This document shows, piece by piece, positions 49,710-60,600 of a DNA stretch of 64,000 nt. The notes under the pieces are model-generated. The model saw only the letters and a list, made by a program, of their open reading frames with translations. It was not told the origin of the DNA and made no database searches. Source of the DNA: Azolla caroliniana (Eukaryota > Plantae > Polypodiophyta); NCBI GenBank assembly GCA_043228905.1, contig JBHGNT010000034.1, positions 226,292-290,291 on the forward strand, written 5' to 3'. A program made the translations under genes and the position numbers. Position 1 is the stretch's first letter. Every line of letters starts with the position of its first letter.

Positions 49710-52700
49710 TGATGAGGAATGATCGTCTCTTCAAACTTCACCTCTCGGCCACAACCAAGGAAACACACGAATCGTTGTTGCAGAAAATAGGAAATGCGAA
49801 AGATAGAGTGGACACACGATTTATCGTGGAAAACCCTATACGGGAAAAACCACGGGAGTACAAGACTCCAAACCAATACTATGCACAGAGAAGTATACAA
49901 TGGCGAGCTGCAAGGCGACGACCTTGAGCTCGCTGTCCTCGCCACAGGCGGCGGAAATACACAGAGGCGTCGACCTCTTCCTCACTCACGCTCTATCTCT
50001 CTCTCTCTCCGGCTGCTCTCTCTTCACTCCTCTTGAGTGGAAAAACAAGAAAAATGATCAGCAACAACTGTTTGCCCTAAGTCATATTTATACACATATG
50101 ACTTTCGGGCTATTTACAAATCTAGCCTCAAGGGCCCTTGGCAAACATATTCACAAATATGTCCCCGCATCCGGATCTCTCTCCGGGTACATTCGTCATC
50201 CGGTTCCGTAACCGGGGTCTTCATCATCCGGCTCCGTAGCCGGGGTCTTCGTCATCCGGCTCCGTAGCTGGGGTCTTCGTCATCCGGCTCCGTAACCGGG
50301 GTCTTCGTCATCCGGCTCCGTAACCGGGGTCTTCATCATCCGGCTCCGTAGCCGGGGTCTTCATCATCCGGCTCCGTAGCCGGGGTCTTCATCATCCGGC
50401 CATCCCATCCGGAGGGACCGTAATCCCAACAAACTCCCCCTTCACTTCGGCATGGGATGTCTTTCCAGTCCGACCCTCTTCCTGCACGCTTCCAACTTGT
50501 CGGGTGTGAGCACTTTGGTCAGCATATCTGACCCGTTCTCTTCCGTGTGGATCTTCGTCAGCACGAACTCCTGGTCTTCTATCCTTTCCCGGATCCAGTG
50601 ATATCTTCGCTGGATGTGCTTCGTCCGGGAGTGATAGGCCGCGTTCTTCGCAAGGTGGATGGCACTCTGACTGTCGCAGTAGAGTCGGTATTCCTCTTGC
50701 CGGATACCGAGCTCTCTAATGAAGTCCTTCATCCATATTATTTCCTTGCCGGCTTCAACAGCCGCCATGTACTCCGCCTCCGTGGTTGACAACGCAACCG
50801 TCTTCTGCAACCTCGACTGCCACGAAACAGCTCCCCCTGCATATGTCATTACATACCCTGATGTAGACCGGCTGGTATCCGCATCAGCCGACATGTCCGA
50901 ATCGGTAAATCCATCGAGTTCGGGCTTACCGGAGCCGAATCGGAGGCACATGTTTGAAGTGCCCTTTAAGTATCGGAGTATCCATTTGACCGCGTTCCAG
51001 TGCTCCTTGCCGGGATTACTCATATACCGGCTCACCACTCCGACTGCGTATCCAATGTCTGGTCGGGTACACACCATTGCGTACATCAAGCTTCCGACGG
51101 CAGAGGCATATGGTACTTTCATCATGTCCTCCTTCTCAGCCTTTGTCTTGGGGCTTTGCTTGCTGGACAACTTGCAGTTTGCCGGGAGGGTTGACCCGAC
51201 CGGTCTTGCTTCCGACACGTTGAACCGGTGAAGCACCTTTGTCACGTACTTCTCCTGTGACAGCCACAACTGCTTCTTCTTCCGGTCCCGGATGATGTGC
51301 ATCCCTAGTATTTGCCTCGCCGGACCCAGGTCCTTCATTGAGAAGGTTCGGTGAAGCGCTTTCTTCAGCGTCCGTATCTTGACCTGGTCCCGTCCGACGA
51401 TCAACATGTCGTCCACGTATAGGAGGAGTATTAGAAAGTCTCCTCCTTCGAACTTCTTCACAAACACGCAGTGATCGGACTGCGTTTTGTGGTACCCTTC
51501 GTCGGTCATGAAGGAGTCGAACTTCCGGTACCATTGCCGGGGAGCCTGCTTCAGTCCGTAAAGGCTCTTCTTCAACCGGCATACCAGGTGCTCCTTCCCT
51601 TTCTTCTCGAATCCTTCCGGTTGCTGCATGTAGATCTCTTCTTCGAGGTCGCCGTGAAGGAATGCCGTCTTCACGTCCATCTGTTCTACCTCGAGGTCCA
51701 TGCTTGCCGCTATGCTCAGCACCGTCCGGATGGAGGTCATCTTCACTACCGGGGCAAATATCTCGTCGAAGTCGACGCCCTTCTTCTGCTGGAACCCCTT
51801 CACCACGATCCTGGCTTTGTATCTCGGGGGGTTTCCGGCATCTCCCGGTTTCAGCTTGAACACCCACTTGTTTCGAAGTGCCCGCTTTCCTTTCGGCAAC
51901 TCCTCAAGTTCATATGTGTGGTTCTCATGCAGGGAATCCATCTCCTCCTGCATGGCACTTAACCACCTGCGGCTATGGGTGTCAAGCTTTGCTTCTTCAA
52001 AACTCTCCGGCTCCCCCTCGTCGGTTAGCAGCACGTGCTCTGGTTCCGGAAATCTCCGGGGGGCCCTTCTCTCCCTTAGAGGATATCTCTGTTCCAGAGC
52101 TTCGGTAACCGGCTCCTCCGTTTCCTCTTCATCCGAATCCATTTCGGGATCGGGGCCGGTTCCGGTATCAGTTTCGTCTTCCTCGGCCGGTTCTGTTTCT
52201 TCACCGTCTTCGGCCGGATCCTCGAGTGCTAACCGGTCCCTTGCCGGTCGGGACTGCTCCTCGTAGAGTTGATTCTCACCGGTCGACTTGGAGCTCTTCA
52301 TCTTCTTCTCCGACTCCCAGTCGGCGAGTGTCTTGTCCTCCATGAAGATGATATCTCGACTCCTGAATATCTTCTTGTCGACCGGGTCCCATACTCGGTA
52401 GCCGAACTCGTCGTCGCCGTAACCGAGGAATATGCATGGCCGGGTCTTTGGATCTAACTTTCCTCTCCGGTCCTTTGCCACATGCACGTATGCGAGACAC
52501 CCGAACACCTTCAGATGCCGGTAAGATACTTCCCTACCGGTCCACACTCTCTGCGGCGTGTCCCCGTCCAAAGGTACTGAGGGTGATCGGTTTATCACAT
52601 ATGTCGCCGTCGACATTGCCTCAGCCCAAAACCCCTTGGGTAATTTCGCATGCGCCAGCATACTCCGGACCCTCTCCATTATGGTCCGGTTCATCCTCTC

Positions 52701-54607
52701 GGCCAGCCCGTTCAGTTCCGGCGTCTTCGGCACAGTAAACTCGAGCCGGATTCCCTTCGAGCGATAGTACTCCTTGAACTGCCCCCGGTATTCCCCTCCG
52801 TTATCCGCTCGTATCGCTTTCAGCTTCTTGCCGGATTCCCTTTCCACTCTCGCGTGGAGTTCTTTGAAGACGCACAACACTTGGTCCTTTGTCTTCAATG
52901 GTGCCGACCACAGCTTCCGGCTGTGATCATCAATGAATGTTACGAAGTACTGGGCTCCGCCATGTGACTTCGTTTCTACCTGACACACATCAGTGTGCAC
53001 CAACTCCAATGGTGCGCTACGTCTCGTCGGTGGCCTTGAATGGAAGGAGGTTCGATTCTGCTTACCGGCCAGGCAATCGGTGCACTTCTCCAGGTGCACA
53101 TGCTTCACTGGAATGAGGTTGTCTTCTGCAAGCCTCTTCATCCCCTTCTCACTCATGTGGCACAGTCTTTTGTGCCACAGCTCACCGGCAGTGTCGGCTG
53201 CCACATTCAGCTCTTCCGGACATAACCGGGCATTCATCAGGTACAGTGTGTTGACTTTCCGGGCCCGAGCCACTATCAGGCTCCCCTTGCTGAACTTCAT
53301 TACGCCGTTCCGGATGCTACCTGTGTAGCCTTCATCGTCTAGCCTCCCGGCCGAAATCAGGTTCAATCGAACCTCCGGAACGTGTCGGACATCCTTCAGC
53401 AGCATTTTGCATCCGGTCGGGGTTGTCAACCACACGTCTCCTATGCCGGCAATTCGGCACGTACCTTCATTTCCCATCCGAACACAGCCATGCTCACCGG
53501 CTGTGTAGGATGAGAAGTATCTTCTCTCCGGGGTCAGGTGGAACGATGCTCCGGAATCGACCACCCAGGTCGTCTCATCGCCGGCAATGTTTAGTTCACC
53601 TTCTTCGGTGATGAGCATGATTTCCTCTTCACTTGCCGCGAGTGCCGTCGTTCCTTTCCGGTCCTGCCCTCGCCGATCCGGACCTCTCCGGTCCGTGGCT
53701 CCCCGGTATGCACCGTTTCTCTCCGGTGACTTCTTCGAATCGGTGTCGTCGGCTCCGATGTCCTTTCGGTAATGCCGACAATTCTTCCGGAAGTGCCCCG
53801 GCTTCCCACAGTGGAAGCATGTGGGTCTTCCTCTTGACTGCGACCGGGTCCCCGACTTCTCCCGTCTTTGCGGACTCCGGTTCCATTGTCTTCCCCGTTC
53901 TGATTCGGTAAGCAGCGCCTTCGAGTCGGAGGCCGGTTCTTTATCTCTCCGACGCGCTTCTTCGTTCAAAATACTTGTCTTTACCGTTTGTAGGGACAAG
54001 TTATCTTCCGTGCAGGAGGTGCTGAGAGTCACCACCAAGTTCTCCCAGCTATCCGGCAATGTACACATCAGAATGATGGCTTGCATTGCATCCTCCAACG
54101 GGAACTTGATCGCCGCAAGCTGATTCACGAATCCCATGAACGTGCTTACGTGTTCCACCATACTCTCGCCGTCCCGGTACTTGAGGTTCACTATCTTCCT
54201 CATCAGGGAGGTCCGGTTCAACGCATTCTTCCTCTCGTAGAGGCCCGACAGCTTCTTCCACATCTCATATGCGTTGGTGTCGTTCGCCACATGTTGTAGA
54301 ACGCTCACGTCTACGTATTGCCGAATGGTTGCAACGGCTTTCCGGTTCAGAAGCCTCCATTCCGACTCAAGTACTCCCTTCGGTATTTCCGACCTGTCAA
54401 TCGGTTCGTACAGGTCCCGAACAATCAGAAGATCCTCCATCTTGATCTTCCAGTCGGCGTAATTCTGCGCATTCAGCACCATCATCCCCGGCTGCCCGCT
54501 GCCGCCGCCTTCCATTTTCTGCAGCAGTTCGCTCTGATACCAAATTGATGAGGAATGATCGTCTCTTCAAACTTCACCTCTCGGCCACAACCAAGGAAAC
54601 ACACGAA
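49710..54607 (-). mobile_element. Ty1/copia family A copy 2, nested in gypsy integrase, 5' LTR truncated
   Basis: 3' LTR 49710-50431 (7 VNTR units); PBS ending at 54542; only ~62 bp (54546-54607) of the 5' LTR remain. Confidence 0.96.
50442..54515 (-). CDS. Intact copia gag-pol polyprotein, 1357 aa
   Basis: Uninterrupted ORF with CCHC, DSG protease, integrase, RT YVDD and RNase H. Nearly identical to copy 1. Confidence 0.96.
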   Translation of the reverse strand: MEGGGSGQPGMMVLNAQNYADWKIKMEDLLIVRDLYEPIDRSEIPKGVLESEWRLLNRKAVATIRQYVDVSVLQHVANDTNAYEMWKKLSGLYERKNALNRTSLMRKIVNLKYRDGESMVEHVSTFMGFVNQLAAIKFPLEDAMQAIILMCTLPDSWENLVVTLSTSCTEDNLSLQTVKTSILNEEARRRDKEPASDSKALLTESERGRQWNRSPQRREKSGTRSQSRGRPTCFHCGKPGHFRKNCRHYRKDIGADDTDSKKSPERNGAYRGATDRRGPDRRGQDRKGTTALAASEEEIMLITEEGELNIAGDETTWVVDSGASFHLTPERRYFSSYTAGEHGCVRMGNEGTCRIAGIGDVWLTTPTGCKMLLKDVRHVPEVRLNLISAGRLDDEGYTGSIRNGVMKFSKGSLIVARARKVNTLYLMNARLCPEELNVAADTAGELWHKRLCHMSEKGMKRLAEDNLIPVKHVHLEKCTDCLAGKQNRTSFHSRPPTRRSAPLELVHTDVCQVETKSHGGAQYFVTFIDDHSRKLWSAPLKTKDQVLCVFKELHARVERESGKKLKAIRADNGGEYRGQFKEYYRSKGIRLEFTVPKTPELNGLAERMNRTIMERVRSMLAHAKLPKGFWAEAMSTATYVINRSPSVPLDGDTPQRVWTGREVSYRHLKVFGCLAYVHVAKDRRGKLDPKTRPCIFLGYGDDEFGYRVWDPVDKKIFRSRDIIFMEDKTLADWESEKKMKSSKSTGENQLYEEQSRPARDRLALEDPAEDGEETEPAEEDETDTGTGPDPEMDSDEEETEEPVTEALEQRYPLRERRAPRRFPEPEHVLLTDEGEPESFEEAKLDTHSRRWLSAMQEEMDSLHENHTYELEELPKGKRALRNKWVFKLKPGDAGNPPRYKARIVVKGFQQKKGVDFDEIFAPVVKMTSIRTVLSIAASMDLEVEQMDVKTAFLHGDLEEEIYMQQPEGFEKKGKEHLVCRLKKSLYGLKQAPRQWYRKFDSFMTDEGYHKTQSDHCVFVKKFEGGDFLILLLYVDDMLIVGRDQVKIRTLKKALHRTFSMKDLGPARQILGMHIIRDRKKKQLWLSQEKYVTKVLHRFNVSEARPVGSTLPANCKLSSKQSPKTKAEKEDMMKVPYASAVGSLMYAMVCTRPDIGYAVGVVSRYMSNPGKEHWNAVKWILRYLKGTSNMCLRFGSGKPELDGFTDSDMSADADTSRSTSGYVMTYAGGAVSWQSRLQKTVALSTTEAEYMAAVEAGKEIIWMKDFIRELGIRQEEYRLYCDSQSAIHLAKNAAYHSRTKHIQRRYHWIRERIEDQEFVLTKIHTEENGSDMLTKVLTPDKLEACRKRVGLERHPMPK

Positions 54608-57600
54608 AATCCGATATCACAGGAGCCAGGTATGACCATTTTAATTTACTCACGGGCTCTTCTCAAGTCCCTCCTCAATTTTGCTAATTTCGTCATGTCT
54701 CTCGACCTGAGTGTCAAAATCATGATTTTTTAATTGTGTAGCATAGCTAGCGTTGTTAGCTTCGATTCGGATGTTTGAACACAAAAAGCCGATATCACAG
54801 GAGCCAGGTATGACCATTTTAATTTACTCACGGACTCTTCTCAAGTCCCTCCTCAATTTTGCTAATTTTGTCATGTCTCTCGACCTGAGTTTCAAAATCT
54901 TGAGTTTTTAATTGTGTAGCATAGCTAGCGTTGTTAGCTTCGATTCGGATGTTTGAACACAAAAATCCGATATCACAGGAGCCAGGTATGACCATTTTAA
55001 TTTACTCACGGGCTCTTCTCAAGTCCCTCCTCAATTTTGCTAATTTCGTCATGTCTCTCTACCTGAGTTTCAAAATCTTGAGTTTTTGATTGTGTAGCAT
55101 AGCTAGCGTTGTTAGCTTCGATTCGGATGTTTGAACACAAAAAGCCGATATTACAGGAGCCAGGTATGACCATTTTAATTTACTCACGGACTCTTCTCAA
55201 GTCCCTCCTCAATTTTGCTAATTTCGTCATGTCTCTCGACCTGAGTTTCAAAATCTTGAGTTTTTAATTGTGTAGCATAGCTAGCGTTGTTAGCTTCGAT
55301 TCGGATGTTTGAACACAAAAATCCGATATCACAGGAGCCACGTATGACCATTTTAATTTACTCACGGGCTCTTCTCAAGTCCCTCCTCAATTTTGCTAAT
55401 TTCGTCATGTCTCTCTACCTGAGTTTCAAAATCATGATTTTTTAATTCTGTAGCATAGCTAGCGTTGTTAGCTTCGATTCGGATGTTTGAAGACAAAAAG
55501 CCGATATCACAGGAGCCAGGTATGACCATTTTAATTTACTCACGGACTCTTCTCAAGTCCCTCCTCAATTTTGCTAATTTCGTCATGTCTCTCGACCTGA
55601 GTTTCAAAATCTTGAGTTTTTAATTGTGTAGCATAGCTAGCGTTGTTAGCTTCGATTCGCATGTTTAAACACAAAAATCCGATATCACAGGAGCTAGGTA
55701 TGACCATTTTAATTTACTCACGGACTCTTCACAAGTCCCTCCTCAATTTTGCTAAATTCTTCATGTCTCTCTACCTGAGTTTCAAAATCATGATTTTTTA
55801 ATTCTGTAGCATAGCTAGCGATGTTAGCTTTGATTCGGATGTTTGAACACAAAAAGCCGATATCACAGGAGCCAGGTATGACCATTTTAATTTACTCACG
55901 GACTCTTCTCAAGTCCCTCCTCAATTTTGCTAATTTCGTCATGTCTCTCTACCTGAGTTTCAAAATCTTGAGTTTTTGATTGTGTAGCATAGTTAGCGTT
56001 GTTAGCTTCGATTCGGATGTTTGAACACAAAAATCCGATATCACAGGAGCCAGGTATGACCATTTTAATTTACTCACGGACTCTTCTCAAGTCCCTCCTC
56101 AATTTTGCTAATTTCGTCCTCTCTCTCGACCTGAGTTTCAAAATCTTGAGTTTTTAATTGTGTAGCATAGCTAGCGTTGTTAGCTTCGATTCGGATGTTT
56201 GAACACAAAAATCCGATATCATAGGAGCCACGTATGACCATTTTAATTTACTCACGGGCTCTTCTCAAGTCCCTCCTCAATTTTGCTAATTTCGTCATGT
56301 CTCTCTACCTGAGTTTCAAAATCATGAGTTTTTAATTCTGTAGCATAGCTAGCGTTGTTAGCTTCGATTCGGATGTTTGAAGACAAAAAGCCGATATCAC
56401 AGGAGCCAGGTATGACCATTTTAATTTACTCACGGACTCTTCTCAAGTCCCTCCTCAATTTTGCTAATTTCGTCATGTCTCTCGACCTGAGTTTCAAAAT
56501 CTTGAGTTTTTAATTGTGTAGCATAGCTAGCGTTGTTAGCTTCGATTCGCATGTTTAAACACAAAAATCCGATATCACAGGAGCTAGGTATGACCATTTT
56601 AATTTACTCACGGACTCTTCACAAGTCCCTCCTAAATTTTGCTAAATTCTTCATGTCTCTCTACCTGAGTTTCAAAATCATGATTTTTTAATTCTGTAGC
56701 ATAGCTAGCGTTGTTAGCTTTGATTCGGATGTTTGAACACAAAAAGCAGATATCACAGGAGCCAGGTATGACCATTTTAATTTACTCACGGACTCTTCTC
56801 AAGTCCCTCCTCAATTTTGCTAATTTCGTCATGTCTCTCGACCTGAGTTTCAAAATCTTGATTTTTTAATTGTGTAGCATAGCTAGCGTTGTTAGCTTCG
56901 ATTCGGATGTTTGAACACAAAAATCCGATATCACAGGAGCCAGGTATGACCATTTTAATTTACTCACGGGCTCTTCTCAAGTCCCTCCTCAATTTTGCTA
57001 ATTTCGTTATGTCTCTCGACCTGAGTTTCAAAATCTTGATTTTTTGATTCCATATCATAGCTAGCGTTGTTAGCTTCGATTCGGATGTTTGAACACAAAA
57101 ATCCGATATCACAGGAGCCAGGTATGACCATTTTAATTTACTCACGGACTCTTCTCAAGTGCCTCCTCAATTTTGCTAATTTCTTCATCTCTCTCTACCT
57201 AAGTATCAAAATCTTGTTCTTTTAATTGTGTATCATAGCTAGCGTGGTTAGCTTCGATTCGCATGGTTGAACACAAAAATCCGATATCAGAGGAGCCAGG
57301 TATGACCATTTTAATTTACTCACGGGCTCTTCTCAAGTCCCTCCTCAATTTTGCTAATTTCGTCATGTCTCTCGACCTGAGTTTGAAAATCTTGATTTTT
57401 TAATGGTGTAGCATAGCTAGCGTTGTTAGCTTCGATTCGCATGTTTTAACACAAAAATCCGATATCACAGGAGCCAGGTATGACCATTTTAATTTACTCA
57501 CGGGCTCTTCTCAAGTCCCTCCTCAATTTTGCTAATTTCGTCATGTCTCTCGACCTGAGTTTCAAAATCTTGATTTTTTGATTCCATATCATAGCTAGCG

Positions 57601-60600
57601 TTGTTAGCTTCGATTCGGATGTTTCAACACAAAAATCCGATATCACAGGAGCCAGGTATGACCATTTTAATTTACTCACGCGCACTTCTCAAGTCCCTCC
57701 TCAATTTTGCTAATTTCTTCATCTCTCTCTACCTGAGTTTCAAAATCATGATTTTTTAATTCTGTAGCATAGCTATCGTTGTTAGCTTCGATTCGGATGT
57801 TTGAACACAAAAATCCGATATCACAGGAGCCAGGTATGACCCTTTTAATTTACTCACGGGCACTTCTCAAGTCCCTCCTCAATTTTGCTAATTTCTTCAT
57901 CTCTCTCTACCTAAGTATCGAAATCTTGTTTTTTTAATTGGGTATCATAGCTAGCGTTGTTAGCTTCGATTTGCATGGTTGAACAATAAAATCCGATATC
58001 ACAGGAGCCAGGTATGACCATTTTAATTTACTCACGGGCTCTTCTCAAGTCCCTCCTCAATTTTGCTAATTTCGTCATGTCTCTCGACCTGAGTTTCAAA
58101 ATCTTGATTTTTTGATTCCATATCATAGCTAGCGTTGTTAGCTTCGATTCGGATGTTTCAACACAAAAATCCGATATCACAGGAGCCAGGTATGACCATT
58201 TTAATTTACTCACGCGCACTTCTCAAGTCCCTCCTCAATTTTGCTAATTTCTTCATCTCTCTCTACCTAAGTATCGAAATCTTGTTTTTTTAATTGTGTA
58301 TCATAGCTAGCGTTGTTAGCTTCGATTCGCATGGTTGAACACAAAAATCCGATATCACAGGAACCAGGTATGACCATTTTAATTTACTCACGGGCTCTTC
58401 TCAAGTCCCTCCTAAATTTTGCTAATTTCTTCATGTCTCTCTACCTGAGTTTCGAAATCTTGATTTTTTAATTGTGTAACACACCTAGTGTTGTTTGCTT
58501 CGATTCGGATGTTTTAACACAAAAATCCGATATCACAGGAGCCAGGTATGACCATTTTAATTTACTCACGGGCTCTTCACAAGTCCCTCCTCAATTTTGC
58601 TAATTTCTTCATGTCTCTCTACCTGAGTTTCAAAATCTTGATTTTTTAATTGTGTAGCATAGCTAGCGTTGTTAGCTTCGATTCGGATGTTTGAACACAA
58701 AAATCCGATATTACAGGAGCCAGGTATGACCATTTTAATTTACTCACGGACTCTTCTCAAGTTCCTCCTCAATTTTGCTAATTTCGTCATGTCTCTCGAC
58801 CTGAGCTTCAAAATCTTGAGTTTTTAATTGTGTAGCATAGCTAGCGTTGTTAGCTTCGATTCGGATGTTTGAACACAAAAATCCGATATCACAGGAGCCA
58901 GGTATGACCATTTTAATTTACTCACGGGCTCTTCTCAAGTCCCTCCTCAATTTTGCTAATTTCATCATGTCTCTCTACCTGAGTCTCAAAATCATGATTT
59001 TTTAATTCTGTAGCATAGCTAGCGTTGTTAGCTTCGATTCGGATGTTTGAAGACAAAAAGCCGATATCACAGGAGCCAGGTATGACCATTTTAATTTACT
59101 CACGGACTCTTCTCAAGTCCCTCCTCAATTTTGCTAATTTCGTCATGTCTCTCGACCTGAGTTTCAAAATCTTGATTTTTTAATTGTGTAGCATAGCTAG
59201 CGTTGTTAGCTTCGATTCGCATGTTTCAACACAAAAATCCGATATCACAGGAGCTAGGTATGACCATTTTAATTTACTCACGGACTCTTCACAAGTCCCT
59301 CCTCAATTTTGCTAAATTCTTCATGTCTCTCTACCTGAGTTTCAAAATCATGATTTTTTAATTCTGTAGCATAGCTAGCGTTGTTAGCTTTGATTCGGAT
59401 GTTTGAACACAAAAAGGCGATATCACAGGAGCCAGGTATGACCATTTTAATTTACTCACGGACTCTTCTCAAGTCCCTCCTCAATTTTGCTAATTTCGTC
59501 ATGTCTCTCGACCTGAGTTTCAAAATCTTGATTTTTTAATTGTGTAGCATAGCTAGCGTTGTTAGCTTCGATTCGCATGTTTCAACACAAAAATCCGATA
59601 TCACAGGAGCTAGGTATGACCATTTTAATTTACTCACGGACTCTTCACAAGTCCCTCCTCAATTTTGCTAAATTCTTCCTGTCTCTCTACCTGAGTTTCA
59701 AAATCATGATTTTTTAATTCTGTAGCATAGCTAGCGTTGTTAGCTTTGATTCGGATGTTTGAACACAAAAAGCCGATATCACAGGAGCCAGGTATGACCA
59801 TTTTAATTTACTCACGGGCACATCTCAAGTCCCTCCTCAATTTTGCTAATTTCTTCATCTCTCACTACCTAAGTATCAAAATCTTGTTCTTTTAATTGTG
59901 TATCATAGCTAGCGTGGTTAGCTTCGATTCGCATGGTTGAACACAAAAATCCGATATCAGAGGAGCCAGGTATGACCATTTTAATTTACTCACGGGCTCT
60001 TCTCAACTCCCTCCTCAATTTTGCTAATTTCTTCATGTCTCTCTACCTGAGTTTCGAAATCTTGATTTTTTAATTGTGTAACACACCTAGCGTTGTTAGC
60101 TTCGATTCGCATGTTTTAACACAAAAATCCGATATCACAGGAGCCAGGTATGACCATTTTAATTTACTCACAGGCTCTTTACAAGTCCCTCCTCAATTTT
60201 GCTAATTTCTTCATGTCTCTCTACCTGAGTTTCGAAATCTTGATTTTTTAATTCTGTAGCATAGCTAGCGTTGTTAGCTTCGATTCGGATGTTTGAACAC
60301 AAAAAGCCGATATCACAGGAGCCAGGTATGACCATTTTAATTTACTCACGGGCTCTTCTCAAGTCCCTCCTCAATTTTGCTAATTTCTTCATGTCTCTTG
60401 ACCTGAGTTTCAAAATCTTGATTTTTTAATTGTGTAGCGTAGCTAGCGTTGTTAGGTTCGATTCGCATGTTTTAACACAAAAATCCGATATCACAGGAGC
60501 CAGGTATGACCATTTTAATTTACTGACGGGCTCTCCTGAAGTCCCTCCTCAATTTTGCTAATTTCTTCATCTCTCTCTACCTAAGTATCGAAATCTTGTT

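Noticed and set aside
48827-49945. 372-aa ORF as a novel fusion protein
   Set aside because: Chance read-through from the copia LTR into the interrupted gypsy integrase
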